NCBI GenBank assembly: GCA_026026165.1
Contig: JAPEUD010000003.1
Span: 124,001-188,000 of the forward strand
Length of the DNA: 64,000 nt
Direction of reading: 5' to 3'
DNA from: Sarea resinae
Lineage: Eukaryota
This document shows, piece after piece, positions 1 to 11,130 of this stretch. The notes under the pieces are model-generated. The model worked only from the letters and a program-made list of their open reading frames with translations, was not told the DNA's origin and did not search any database. Within the stretch, counting starts at the first letter, position 1. Each line of letters begins with the position of its first letter. The translations under genes and the position numbers were made by a program.

Positions 1-111
1 ATTTCACGCGTGGTCAAAGGCAGTGACGGCAGAAGCCTACCGGTGCCGTCTTTTGCTGGCATCGTCGGCGTCGCAATTGGCACGGCCATGGTGGCCGTCC
101 TGGTGGGCTGA
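1..111 (+). CDS. 3' end of a probable GPI-anchored/cell-surface protein (partial; begins before the window)
   Basis: Frame 1 reads ISRVVKGSDGRSLPVPSFAGIVGVAIGTAMVAVLVG-stop (TGA 109-111): small residues, a spacer, then a terminal hydrophobic tail, as in GPI signals. Pyrimidine-rich UTR-like sequence follows. Confidence 0.45.
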   Translation: MSRVVKGSDGRSLPVPSFAGIVGVAIGTAMVAVLVG

Positions 112-623
112 GCGGGAACTGTTGCATCATTCGCCCGTCCGTGGACTCCTACTATTATTCCTTCTCCTGCACATTCGATTTGGCGTTTGCAACTATACCA
201 GCCCTCGGAGCCTTGCGACCGCTCATTTCTTTTCCTCTTCTCCATTAGACGGATACCCCTTTTCTTTTTCTCGGCGATCCGTTCGGAACCCCCCTTTTTC
301 TGGCGCCCTTACCGCCCTGCCTGCACTTTTAATCTCATCTCACCTCACCTAATCTACGAACATGATTCTTCCCGCCGCCCATCTTCCATACACGGTTGAC
401 TGGACTCGTCGCCTTTCGTCGCCCCTTCTTTTTTTACACCTTGACGAGCCCCCCCACCAACGATCTCATCCCCTTTTATTTAGAACGTTCTCTATCACGA
501 ATTTTCTTTCCATTTTTTTTTCCAATCGTCAAGTCTTTCCTTCCTTCATCAGTCGCCCTTTTATATCGTTCACTACAGAGCCAGCGAGCAGGCGAGGCAG
601 GAGGCAGGAGGCAGATGGGCCAT

Positions 624-655
<32 letters not shown>

Positions 656-656
656 A
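624..656. repeat. (GGAGCC)5 microsatellite
   Basis: Read directly from the sequence. Confidence 0.9.
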
Positions 657-812
657 ATGCAACGATTGATGGGTACGATTGGAGTTTCCGTTTCGGTTTC
701 CGGCCTTCTTCGGACCGAATGCGCGAGGTCAGGTGTCGTGGGGGCCCCCAAAGTCGCCCGGAGGGGTGTAGGTACGCGAGTGTGGCCGATCGATCAAGAG
801 TTTGATGACACC

Positions 813-877
813 GAGACAGAAAGAGAGAGAGAGATACAGAGAGAGATACAGAGAGAGAGAGAGAGAAAAAGAGAGAG
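813..877. repeat. Imperfect (GA)n microsatellite
   Basis: Read directly from the sequence. Confidence 0.9.
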
Positions 878-1800
878 CAGCTAAAGCGAACCCGATCAAA
901 CCAGATCTAGTAATATCTAATCCAGACCCGCACTTACTGAATAATGCCAAAAAAAAAAGACGTGGCTTTTCCCTCTTTCGATTGATGACCCACATAACCA
1001 TAGCAGAGGAGTTGGGATGACAAGATTCCCCGTCCATGCTTTTGAAAAACAAGATTAATCATAATAATGATAATAATAATAATAAACGTGGCACATGCAC
1101 CACCACCAAAGAGGACGGGGAGAGCTCTCTGTCCTCTTAGTATTTAACATGAAAAGACGGCCCTCGGCCATGCTTTTTGATTGTAGGATCCCAGTCTCAG
1201 TCTCTGTTTCTGTCTCTGTCTGGTCTACGGCACGGTACCAGTAGACACTTTGCATCATTCGAAGCATTCCATATGGATTCATTATATATATACTGGTTTC
1301 CGGACATATGTATCGACAATCTATGACAGATGTGCGCATGCTCACTCCCTCACCCATTGCATACCATACGTATCTCTCCGTAACCTCATCCGGATTTCTC
1401 TTCAATTAGTTTCGTACCGTCATGATGTCTGTCGTACCCTCTGGCATTCCTCATGCTTTCCGGATCCGCCCCCCCCCCCGCACTATCTTTTCTCTCCGTT
1501 ATTTTCCTCGATCCATGTTGCATCCCCCTCGTTCTTGTATCCCAATCGTGATCTCGTTGTCTCGACTACCCGTCTGTCCCCATTCAGGCCCGAACATTCT
1601 TTAAGCAGCTGTGCGGATGCGAGTCTATATGTCAAAAGAAGGGGAAAACCCATGGGCAAAAAAATGGGGTGAATGCAAGCGACATGACAGAAGGCACAAA
1701 TGCAGAATAATCCCAAAGCAAGATGCGACGCCCTGCACCCAAAATCACCACGCCGAAGAACGCAATGCCAAAGCAGCACTATCTCATCCAATCGTCAAGC

Positions 1801-4613
1801 TTAATCAAACTCAACATCTCCAACTCCACTACTGGCACTAGCCGCCGCTCGAGCAGCAGCAGCCTGTCTAGCCTGTGCCCTCTCAGCTCTCCTTCGCCGA
1901 CGATTACTGGCCCAATCGGCACTCGCCTCCGTATTGGTACCGTCGTGGGCCCCGGGACTACCGATGCTTGCGCTGCCGGGGGAGGAGAAGTGGCCTGGGG
2001 GTGGAGGATCCGGAGGCGGATAACCCGCAGTAGCAGATGGAGAAGGGTAAGTTGGCTGTGGCTGTTGTTCTGGGAGGAGACCGGGTGGATAGCCAGCAGC
2101 CGCAGACGAAGGAGGATAAGGTGGCTGTGGTCGTTGTTGTGGAGGAGGTCCGGAAGGGGGTGGAGGGTATTGCTGTTGCGGCTGTTGCGGCTGCGCTGGC
2201 CACGTTTGCTGTTGTGGCTGTTGCAGTGGCGGGGGTTGTGACAGCGGCGGAGGGGCCAACCCCGCAGCAGCTGCTTGCTGAGCTTTTTGCTCTGCTTCAA
2301 TTCGCATTTCCTCCGCCTGTTGACGTTCCATGGCTTCTGTACGTCGCCATCGCTCTCCCGGATCAACTCCTGAGAGCTCACTGGCCGCCGCCGCTCCTGT
2401 TGCGGCCCCGGCCCCGTTTCGTCGGGTTTTGTCGTGGCGGTCTCGTCGTCGTGCTTCGCGTTCTGCGGCAGCTTCCTGTTCGGACAAGCGGCGGAGTGTG
2501 ACGTGGCGACCATCTTTGTGCCATTTGACATTTACCGCTACTGGAGGCGAAACGACAGCGTCTGCCCTACTAGGGGAGTGATCACTTCGTCGACCCGCTT
2601 CTGCTGCTGCGGCTCCGGCGGCCACTCCCGCTGCTGCCGCGTCAGCGCCGAGATGATGGGGACGTCCGCCACTTGAAACATCTGAGCCATAGTCCTGGTG
2701 GTGGGTACCTGCAGGAGGCGGCCCCGACGGAGGTGGTGGCAAGGTAGCACCAGTAGTTTGACTCTGCGGGTAAGGCTGGGGTGGCGGATTTAAGCTTCCA
2801 GGACCGGGCAGGATGCTGGCGGTAGAAGGACCTCCTCCATCTGCAAAGTGAACCTGTGATGTACCCGGTACTGCACCTGCCGCACCGGCAGAAGAGCCAG
2901 CGGCAACAACAGGTGCAGGCATACCTTGGTGTGGACGAGAACCAAGAGTGTCGTTTGTCTCCGTGAAGCTTGTACTTGTAGTCAGCGAACCTCTTCGTCC
3001 AACCCGGTTGGGGAATCCGTCGCCAGTGTATCGTTGGCTGTTGGCTCTAGCTATGCGTTCCTCCTCTAATTCCTGCTGCCGTAGCTCTTCGATTCGCCGC
3101 TGCTCCTTCTTCTCGCGACGCTTCCTAAAGATTTCTTTGACAAGACCCACGGCACCGAGTGTCGCCAGACCATCTCTCAAATTATGCGCTTCATCCTTTC
3201 TTTCCGGTCTTGGTCTATAGTCTGGTCTGCTATACAGAGAACTTTCACTGTAGCTTCGGCGCGGCCGAAGATGAGGTTGGACTTGAGACGTTACATCGGA
3301 TGGAAATTGGGATTGTGATTGAGACGGCATCGGGGTTGAAAGGTAGGGTTGGCTGTGCACTGGCGGTATCGGACGTCCTTCTTCAAGTCTGCTGAGTCTG
3401 CTGATACTCTCGTCGCTTATGCTATGTGGTCCTCCAAGCGGCGCATGGTAGTGGTCTGTGTCGCTGTCTCTGTCCTTGTCCTTTCTCCTCTCGAGGAGAT
3501 TCTTGATGAGTGCAAAGCCCCCAACAGCAGCGCCTCCCTTCAGTAGCCAATCTTTCCACCGTCCACCATGGCGGCCAGATTCTGAGTATTTCTCTTGTTC
3601 GATGTATGATCCTGAAGGTGGTCGAGAGCTTGGTGGCCGGGAGCTAATCACCTCCGGCCGGCTATCTGTCCTTGATCTGCTGCGATGCCTTCGAATTGCT
3701 GCTATTCCAGCTCCTGCAGCTCCCGCAGCTGCGAGTGGGCCTAGACGGCTGCGTCGGCTAGAGCGGTCCTCTACAGTATCCGAAACGCTTCCAGATGTAT
3801 AGCTCCCGCGACCGTCATATCCAATAAGAGGCTGGCGTCGATAGGTGAGAATGAAATACAAGACGAGCAATGCAAATGTGAACAATGTATAGAGCACAAA
3901 TAGGGAAACCGGAGAACCATAGAGCGTAAGGCCGAGTGGGATTTGGACTATGCCCAGGAGAGCTATCGCGCGTCCCAACCATTGATGGAGCTGAAAAGGC
4001 AGCATTAGCAGGTATTGATACCCAAGAAAGGGAAGAAGCTCACAACTAGCTTCAAAGGAATCTTCAATATCCTTTTCCCCTTTTCCCTTCCATGAACCCA
4101 CCATCCGTAGAGAGCCTGGAACAATATCAAAACGTATAACGCTAGACCAATTCCATGATGCGGGTTTGTCAAACTTCGTCTCGGTCCCACAGCGAACCAT
4201 CCAATGACAAAGACTACAGTCGATAATCCAACGGTCAAGATCTGCAGCCAGATGTGTAATCGTAAAGCCCATCGTGGCTGTCTGTCATAGAATCGGGCCA
4301 GAAAAATGGCAGCAGGAAGGATGCCCAGGAAAGTAATAGCAGCTATGACGCCGTGGGCACGGATCAGAGCATGGTATTGTGGAAGATCTCGGAAACGATT
4401 GCCCATTCCTATTTGAATCAGCTTCGTGTGGCGAAAGCCAAGGAATGTAGTCTTACCATTGTATCGCATAGTTTCAAAGTTCAACCCTACCAAATTTGGC
4501 AACAGAAAATCGTCGCGTGTCGAGTCCCATGTGCCGTCACCAACATGCAGAGTATTTGAGGAATAGGAGCTACTGCCTGCCGGAGCAAGCGAAGGTGCCG
4601 GTGAAGGCGACAT
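1801..4613 (-). CDS. Cytochrome b561-type transmembrane domain protein with a long Pro/Arg/Ser-rich C-terminus
   Basis: Exons 4613-4457, 4408-4044, 3990-1801 with GT-AG introns of 48 and 53 nt. Transmembrane segments carry the four heme-type His motifs HGVIAA, LHIWLQ, HHGIG and LHQWLG. Confidence 0.8.
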
Positions 4614-5932
4614 GGTGCAGTCTCGGTGAGGGTAATCACAGGAATTCGAGGCCGAGTCGTGGAGGATTTGAAAGATCGAACGCTCTCAATCGCAGTGGCT
4701 AAGGCTAGCAGCGACCGTGAGATAATCAACGTTTGTGGAATGGTGTTGACTGGCTGCGAAAGCAACAGGAAGAACCATGCCAGACAAACCCGAGTGCTAT
4801 CGTCGATGCCAAAGGCGGTGCACACAGGCGGCGCAGTCACCGCACCATGATAAAAGCGAGAATAGTGTTGCTCCTAGAAGCAATGTGGATGTTTGCTCTT
4901 GAGGTTGTCAGAGCACGAGTGGTGAGAATTGGATCAGCAGAGAGAAAGATGCCCGGTTTGGGGATGAGGCAGCGATGATGGAGAGATGATTGGTTGGGCA
5001 AAGACTTAACAGAACAAGCAATGGATATATTGCTCCTACTGAATGAATGCGTGAAACGACTACCAGCCGTCACCATGGTCACCACGGTCACCAATGGAAG
5101 TGGTGTGGGAGTGATACTGAATACCTCTTACGGCTTAGATCGCTAGCAACCGTTGGCCCAGAGATTCCTTGGTGCTGGATACCTCATCCAACAATACAAG
5201 TAAGAACTTTAAACCTGAAGAGGGACTGTAAGCGATACTTCCATGCTCCCTTATCTTGAGTACTGACGTAGGTACCTTGATAGGCATACTATGTGCTACG
5301 TAGTAGTACTTCGTAGCAGCGGCAAGTTGCCGGGGAATATGGTAATCTGCAGCATGGCAGGAGTGTATGTAGATCCATCTTTGACATCCGCGACTATGCC
5401 ATATATACACACTGATAATTCCACCTGTTGCAGATGTTCTTTACCGCTTGTATAGCAATGAAAAAAGAAAGGCATCCCACCGAAGGAGCCGGCCAGCTTT
5501 GCCAAAACCTCGCTCGCTACTGCTTCCCTTCAAATTGCGTCCTCTCCTTTGGCAGAGCATTCGAGACATGCCGTTCCGATGGAATTATCAAAGAAGCTCA
5601 AGCTGTCAGTCCCTCGGGAGTGTAGAGCTTGGATCCAGGACATCATCAGCCACTGCTAGAAATGCAGGTTGAGGTGATCCAGAATCAGATCCGTCAATTG
5701 CCGGACCATTACTTCGAACGGATTGTCAGTGGGCGACCATTCAACTCTCCCCGTCCACAAGTACGCATTCGTAAAACACGATGAGCGAATTGTATCAGAT
5801 GTGCATTATCCACGAGCGGCTGCGCAATCCATCTTGATATTAGGGGCTGACACCAACGTGGCGAGTTGGAGTGCGCAACAACATCTTCTTGGAATGGGTG
5901 GCTGATAAACAAGTGTGATGAAGCTGAGAATC

Positions 5933-6187
5933 CTACTGGTTTCGTTTGAACTCAGACAGCGTTGGCCGCTGTTCGCCTGGTTGGGGTTCCTTTTCATGTG
6001 CTGAGGGACCTGCAGGAGCGCCCGGAGGTTTAAACTTCGGGGTTGACGAATGTGCAGACTGTGATTGAGTGCGCTGATCTTCGTGACGATGGTGATTGAG
6101 GTGGTCTTCTTTGATATCCTCCACGTCTGCTTCTATCTTGGCGGCTGCTCTCGGACCAGCCATGATAAAGGACGATGGTGACGGCAT
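5933..6187 (-). CDS. Possible small hydrophilic protein (84 aa)
   Basis: ATG-started ORF that is hydrophilic and His/Pro/Glu-rich. No recognisable domain. Two ATGACGT elements lie upstream. Confidence 0.3.
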   Translation of the reverse strand: MPSPSSFIMAGPRAAAKIEADVEDIKEDHLNHHRHEDQRTQSQSAHSSTPKFKPPGAPAGPSAHEKEPQPGEQRPTLSEFKRNQ

Positions 6188-8343
6188 GGCGAATGGCCCC
6201 TCAAATTAGGAAGGATTGGCCAAGGCGGTTGGCTTGTGGATACTCAAAGCGTTGCAATATGGATGTCCGAAAATGTTAGTCTCGAATTTGGCAAGTCATT
6301 GAAGATTACCGAATGACGGGAGCTGTTGAGCTCAAGCAGAGTCTGTCTTGCCTCTGGAGTATGCCATCGAAAGCAGCCAGTGATGGACGCTCGGATTTCT
6401 CTCCGACTCCGGCATACCTGCTCCCATCCTGTACTCGGAGCAAGTCAGCTTTCAGGACAAAGGAGGCCTTACTCGTCTTACAGCGCAGTACGTAGTAGGC
6501 AGAGAAAAGGTGCGGAGGCATTGTAAGCGAGGTTTCCACCCCTCAGATGACGTGGGAGCCACATTGATCACCTCAGGCAGGCCGGTTGTCAGCACGGCAG
6601 ATGACGTAAGGAGGGTATTTCACCTCCTCAGTGATGACAGATCCAGCAGTCCGAACTGTCAACGGATCAGACTCTGACCTAGGTACCTAGTAGGTTGTTC
6701 TAGTCAGGTCCGGTGGCTCCAGTGATTACAAGGTAAAATCCAGGAAGTTCTTGAATTCATGATTATTCCTCTCCATCATCGGTCTTGATACGAGTAGACG
6801 TCAAAGTAGGCCATGTTTCAGAGACTTGAAAAGATAAGGTACCTACCGGCGGGGCTTACTTCAGTAGTAGAAGGAAACGACCATGCTTGCAGTGACGCCA
6901 TGGAGGGCATCGGATACAGCACCATGAACACAGAGGACCGCCCATGCCGTAGGCTGACTCGCTGAGTACCTATGGGTGCCAGGAGGTGGGGACCTCTTTG
7001 GATTTATGGTCGATGAACCGTCCCGATACCCAGATATATTGAGCGATTTCTTCCAAAAATATCTCGGCAGAAAATATAAATACTCGATTGATTCAAGATG
7101 TATGCCATACGTGGCTGCGTTCCTCTGATCAGATTTTGCTCCCGGAATCAGACGGAATCAGAAGCCATTCTTGATTATTGAACCTTTGTACAGATGTAAC
7201 GGCTTGGCCGCTCGCCTGCAGTATGGCCTGAGTTCTTGACATGAGACGGCTCATACTCAGCATATGAACGTACATAGTAGAGTATATGATCCAGGACTTC
7301 AGTCGAGATGTGGGCTTCAGATTAGATCGCTCTAGCGCATGAGCACTAGGAACGCGGGTGATGGAGCCTACCTACCGGAGTAGAGTATCAGAATGATATC
7401 GAGGGAAAGAGTGTGAATATTCGGTAAGGACGCAGATCCTTGTTGATTGATGATCTCGATGATCTGGTTGATCTGCAGGTAGATATTTGCCTGAATTATT
7501 CTCCGACCAGGCTAAGGTAGCCAAGAGGCCAACTTGCTCTCAGTCCTCTCCTCGTACTTGACTGTATAAAGTAGGTACTGCTGGGCGGAGGTTGAGGATC
7601 CATGTCGAAGGTACCCGGTACCTGACTTCCCTCCCGTCCACAGCAGCGGGAAGGACGCAAAGTAGCTGGAGGTCATCGACCTCGAGCTCTTGGCGCATTC
7701 GGAGACCTTGCCTGCGCGGTATTACGTAGTGACGGGATACCATCCGGGCTCTCCCCGAGCTGCAGCTCCCTTACCTCATCGTGGACCCGGCTGATGATGG
7801 CTTTGGTACTCTCCAATGCGCTGCCAAATAAGCAGATACGAGCATGACAAAGCTTTCTGGTCAGTGATGAGACCAATTCCAGTCGCACCAGGTACCGTAG
7901 GCACCTACCGTAAGGTACCTACCGTACCTTACTATCGACGGTACGAACCTAGTACTCTACCGATACAGAGAGAGACCGACGACCGTTGAAAGCTTGTCAG
8001 GACAATCCACAGATACGGTAGGTCCGGTACTTACGGAGTACCTTACGTTCCAGGTCCCTATCCCCACGTCGTCCCCACGTCGTCCCCACGGAATGATGTA
8101 GAAACCAACTTGGAAATCGTACGGAGCCAAGTACAGATACTACGAGGGAGTACTACGTACGTCGTCGTAGAGGTGGTGAAAGAGACCTCGATAAGGTGAA
8201 GAGCCAAAGCTGGAGGTCGACAGTGGACGAGCACCTCGGTGGACGGGTGCAGAGAAAGCGTACGATATGGAGTAGTCAGCATCCATGGATCCATGGCCAT
8301 GCGACGGCCTTGATCGTACGAGCAGGTTGCCAGTACAGAGTCG

Positions 8344-8359
8344 AGTACTCCGGAGTACT
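8344..8359. promoter_or_regulatory. Palindrome AGTACTCCGGAGTACT (core TACTCCGGAGTA), candidate cis-element
   Basis: Perfect 16-bp palindrome; its core recurs at 21205, 30639, 42745, 42955 and 47996. Confidence 0.45.
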
Positions 8360-9096
8360 ACCTCGTCTGGAGTACTCTGCTGCACCCGCCGTCGTAAGGT
8401 AGGCACTACCTACTTCAGTATCTCTCCAATGTACAATGTAAGGTAGGGCTACTTTCAGCGTGCTGCTACTCCAGCTCCTCCATACCTCTCCTTTCTGGCA
8501 AGGTTCCGGGTGAGCCGAGCCCTGGTCTCCCTCGTAGTGCCGTCCAAGTGCGCGCGAGTCCTTCGAGTGGCTGTTACGACGCCGCCTGGTGGGCTGCATC
8601 CCTGCTGCGTCGCCGTCATTTGGCCGCATCGCCGGACAGATCTCCGATTCCACCTCAGAAACATCGATCGTGATCGTGCTAAATCGCGAGAGATGAACGG
8701 ACCTGTTGGTCAGCAGAGATTTTTCCCTCTCGTCGTCCGCCCTGGACCTGCCATGATTCTGAGTGATCGTTATTGCCTTTCCATGCACTAAGTGACTACG
8801 CTGCTTTTGTGGCGATGGTTCGGTCGTCTCCGCCGCTAAAAGAAGCATTCGCTGCAGCTTGACTCCGTCTCGAATGAGCTGTGAGGCGATCCGAACTTCT
8901 TGCCGCACTTGAACGTCCGACCTTTTACCCTCTCGATCCCTTCAACCACCACCAGCAACGCTCAATTGCGGAACCCTTGATCGATAGCATCATCATCTTG
9001 CCAGAATCCATCTTTGATGAGTGCTGGTCGAGTGACGGATGGAGGCTTGGACGATCGCTCGATTTTCTTTACGGGACGCCGACATCGTTTGGAATA

Positions 9097-11130
9097 ATGG
9101 CTGCTGACACAAATTGGAAGAGGCCCTGGGAAGATGAGACGAACAACACCTTCTCGGCTTCTGGCCTGCCTGCTGCTGATTTCGCCGCCCCCTATCGAAA
9201 CCCAAGTGCTTCCGCAAGGCGTGCTCAGGAGGATCGAAGACTGCCGCCGATTTCCAGTACGTTTCGAGATGCACTGCAGCCCAGTGTTCATGTCAGCCCA
9301 GTCCCTGACCGTGGCGGATCGTCTTTCCGGCCTCCATCGCCAGCTCCTGGGTCACCAAAGAGGCGCAGGGTACAATACGAACAAGGCTATGGACAACCAA
9401 GGCAGAATGATCCAATGTTGCCGGCCGCCGAAGGTATCAGAAACATTGGTACACTATCTTCCATGGGTTCACAAGCCTATGCTGACAAGAGAGATCCAGG
9501 CGGGATGGCAGATCCTAGATCACAACAGTCTCGTGACCTCCAGACTGGCAGGATAGCCTCAGCCTATAATCAAGAGGCTGGTGGCCAATACACCAATCAA
9601 TTCGAGCCGTCAGCTCCGGGCAAGAGTTGTAAACCACCCCAGTCCTGTGAAAACTGCGATAGTCTGTCAAGCATAGTGCAGGAAATGATTGGGGGAATTG
9701 TTCGTCTCCATGGAGAGCTCTATCATGAATCTCTAGGTGGACCGCTGGGGCGAATCTCACCTCAGGTGCGCATTCAAAAGCCCGCCGCGCTACGGGACGA
9801 CGCTTATTTGCTGCAGCCTCCAGACGTCATCCGTGATGGGGTCAAAGAATCTCTCCAGTGGGCTCTCGAAAGCATTCTGAAGAAAATAAAATTTGCCAAA
9901 GAATTGAAGAACGCCCGTCCTTACTCATCGACTCGCAGCAACATCTCCCAGCCAACGTTGCTGGAGACTAGCCCAACCTTTACGTCAATCCATGCTCAGG
10001 ACAATGTGGGAAGGTGGGACTTTGAGAGGGAAAGGGATTATGATATCAAGCGCTCTGGTCTTGGGGTGCTCGAGGAACCTTCTCGGAAGGCAGAATTCGA
10101 GCCAGCGAACGATGTCAGTAAGAGGATGTTTAGCGCGGAAACGCCCCTGGCCTCTTACTCGCCGCATCGAACCGCATCTTCATCTGGTTCTATCCTCGCT
10201 CGTCCACAGTCGCCACTGCAGGGTGTGCCAAACAATCGCATGCTTCTTTCACCTTCGTCCCAACCCTATACAGCCACCAACGCATATGCTCCCGCTTCTC
10301 CATCGGCTCCGCCGTCTCAAACCGCTCAAGCAGCACACTTTCAAGACCTCCAACATCAAGTCAGTACAAAGACGCTTGCTCTTCAAACTCTCCAACGTGA
10401 GCATGACAATCTTTTGTCTGCATTTTCGCGATCCCAGACCCGTTGCTCAACTCTGGAGAAGAAATTCCAAGTATCAGATGCGGAGATCAATTCTCTGACG
10501 GAGGAGCGTATTAAACTACAAGGTCTTGTCGAGGGCTTGGAGTCTCAGGTCGAGAGTTTAGTGAGGAGCCGCGACGAGGCAAGAAAACAAAGTGTGGCAA
10601 ATGGAGGCCAGTACATGAAGATCATGGGCATGGCTAGTAAACTAGAAGCACAGGGCGCTGCTGATCGGAAGAAGTGGAAGGACAAAGAAGATGAATGGAG
10701 GAAAGAAAGAGACGAGCTCAAGGATTCAGTCAAACGACTGCAAGAAGCTTGTGAAAAGCACTTTGGCGCCAGCGGAAAGATGCCGCAAAATATTGAGTTC
10801 GGCAAAGATCCAGCCTCCCTCAACCAACGTCTGCTTCCTGATTCGTCTCCGGAGCACTTCAAAGCAGAAAACGATGTTCTGAATTCAAATTCCGTTGATG
10901 ATCTCCGGAGTGAAGTCATCCGTCTCAGACGAAAATGTCACGATTTGGATGCCGTCCTGCGGGACTTCAAATCTGAGGGCCATCGCATTGAGCAGGCCAC
11001 GCAGGCTTTAGGCAAGGTCGGTACAAGGATCATAAGTAAAGCCGCAGACGCAATGAGCATAACAAACATGGAGCAGAGCAGTCCCTTGGTTCCTGAATCT
11101 AGTGGAGATTTGGGTGCTTGCGACGAATAA
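9097..11130 (+). CDS. Hypothetical coiled-coil protein
   Basis: Long ORF with first in-frame ATG at 9097. Disordered N-half, heptad-rich C-half (LQHQVSTKTLALQTLQREHDNLL...). Possible in-frame intron at 9766-9816. Confidence 0.8.
   Translation: MAADTNWKRPWEDETNNTFSASGLPAADFAAPYRNPSASARRAQEDRRLPPISSTFRDALQPSVHVSPVPDRGGSSFRPPSPAPGSPKRRRVQYEQGYGQPRQNDPMLPAAEGIRNIGTLSSMGSQAYADKRDPGGMADPRSQQSRDLQTGRIASAYNQEAGGQYTNQFEPSAPGKSCKPPQSCENCDSLSSIVQEMIGGIVRLHGELYHESLGGPLGRISPQVRIQKPAALRDDAYLLQPPDVIRDGVKESLQWALESILKKIKFAKELKNARPYSSTRSNISQPTLLETSPTFTSIHAQDNVGRWDFERERDYDIKRSGLGVLEEPSRKAEFEPANDVSKRMFSAETPLASYSPHRTASSSGSILARPQSPLQGVPNNRMLLSPSSQPYTATNAYAPASPSAPPSQTAQAAHFQDLQHQVSTKTLALQTLQREHDNLLSAFSRSQTRCSTLEKKFQVSDAEINSLTEERIKLQGLVEGLESQVESLVRSRDEARKQSVANGGQYMKIMGMASKLEAQGAADRKKWKDKEDEWRKERDELKDSVKRLQEACEKHFGASGKMPQNIEFGKDPASLNQRLLPDSSPEHFKAENDVLNSNSVDDLRSEVIRLRRKCHDLDAVLRDFKSEGHRIEQATQALGKVGTRIISKAADAMSITNMEQSSPLVPESSGDLGACDE

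Noticed and set aside
6631..6677. Box C (GTGATGA) and box D (CTGA) pair suggesting a snoRNA
   Set aside because: Only about 47 nt long, with no clear terminal stem and no recognisable rRNA guide.
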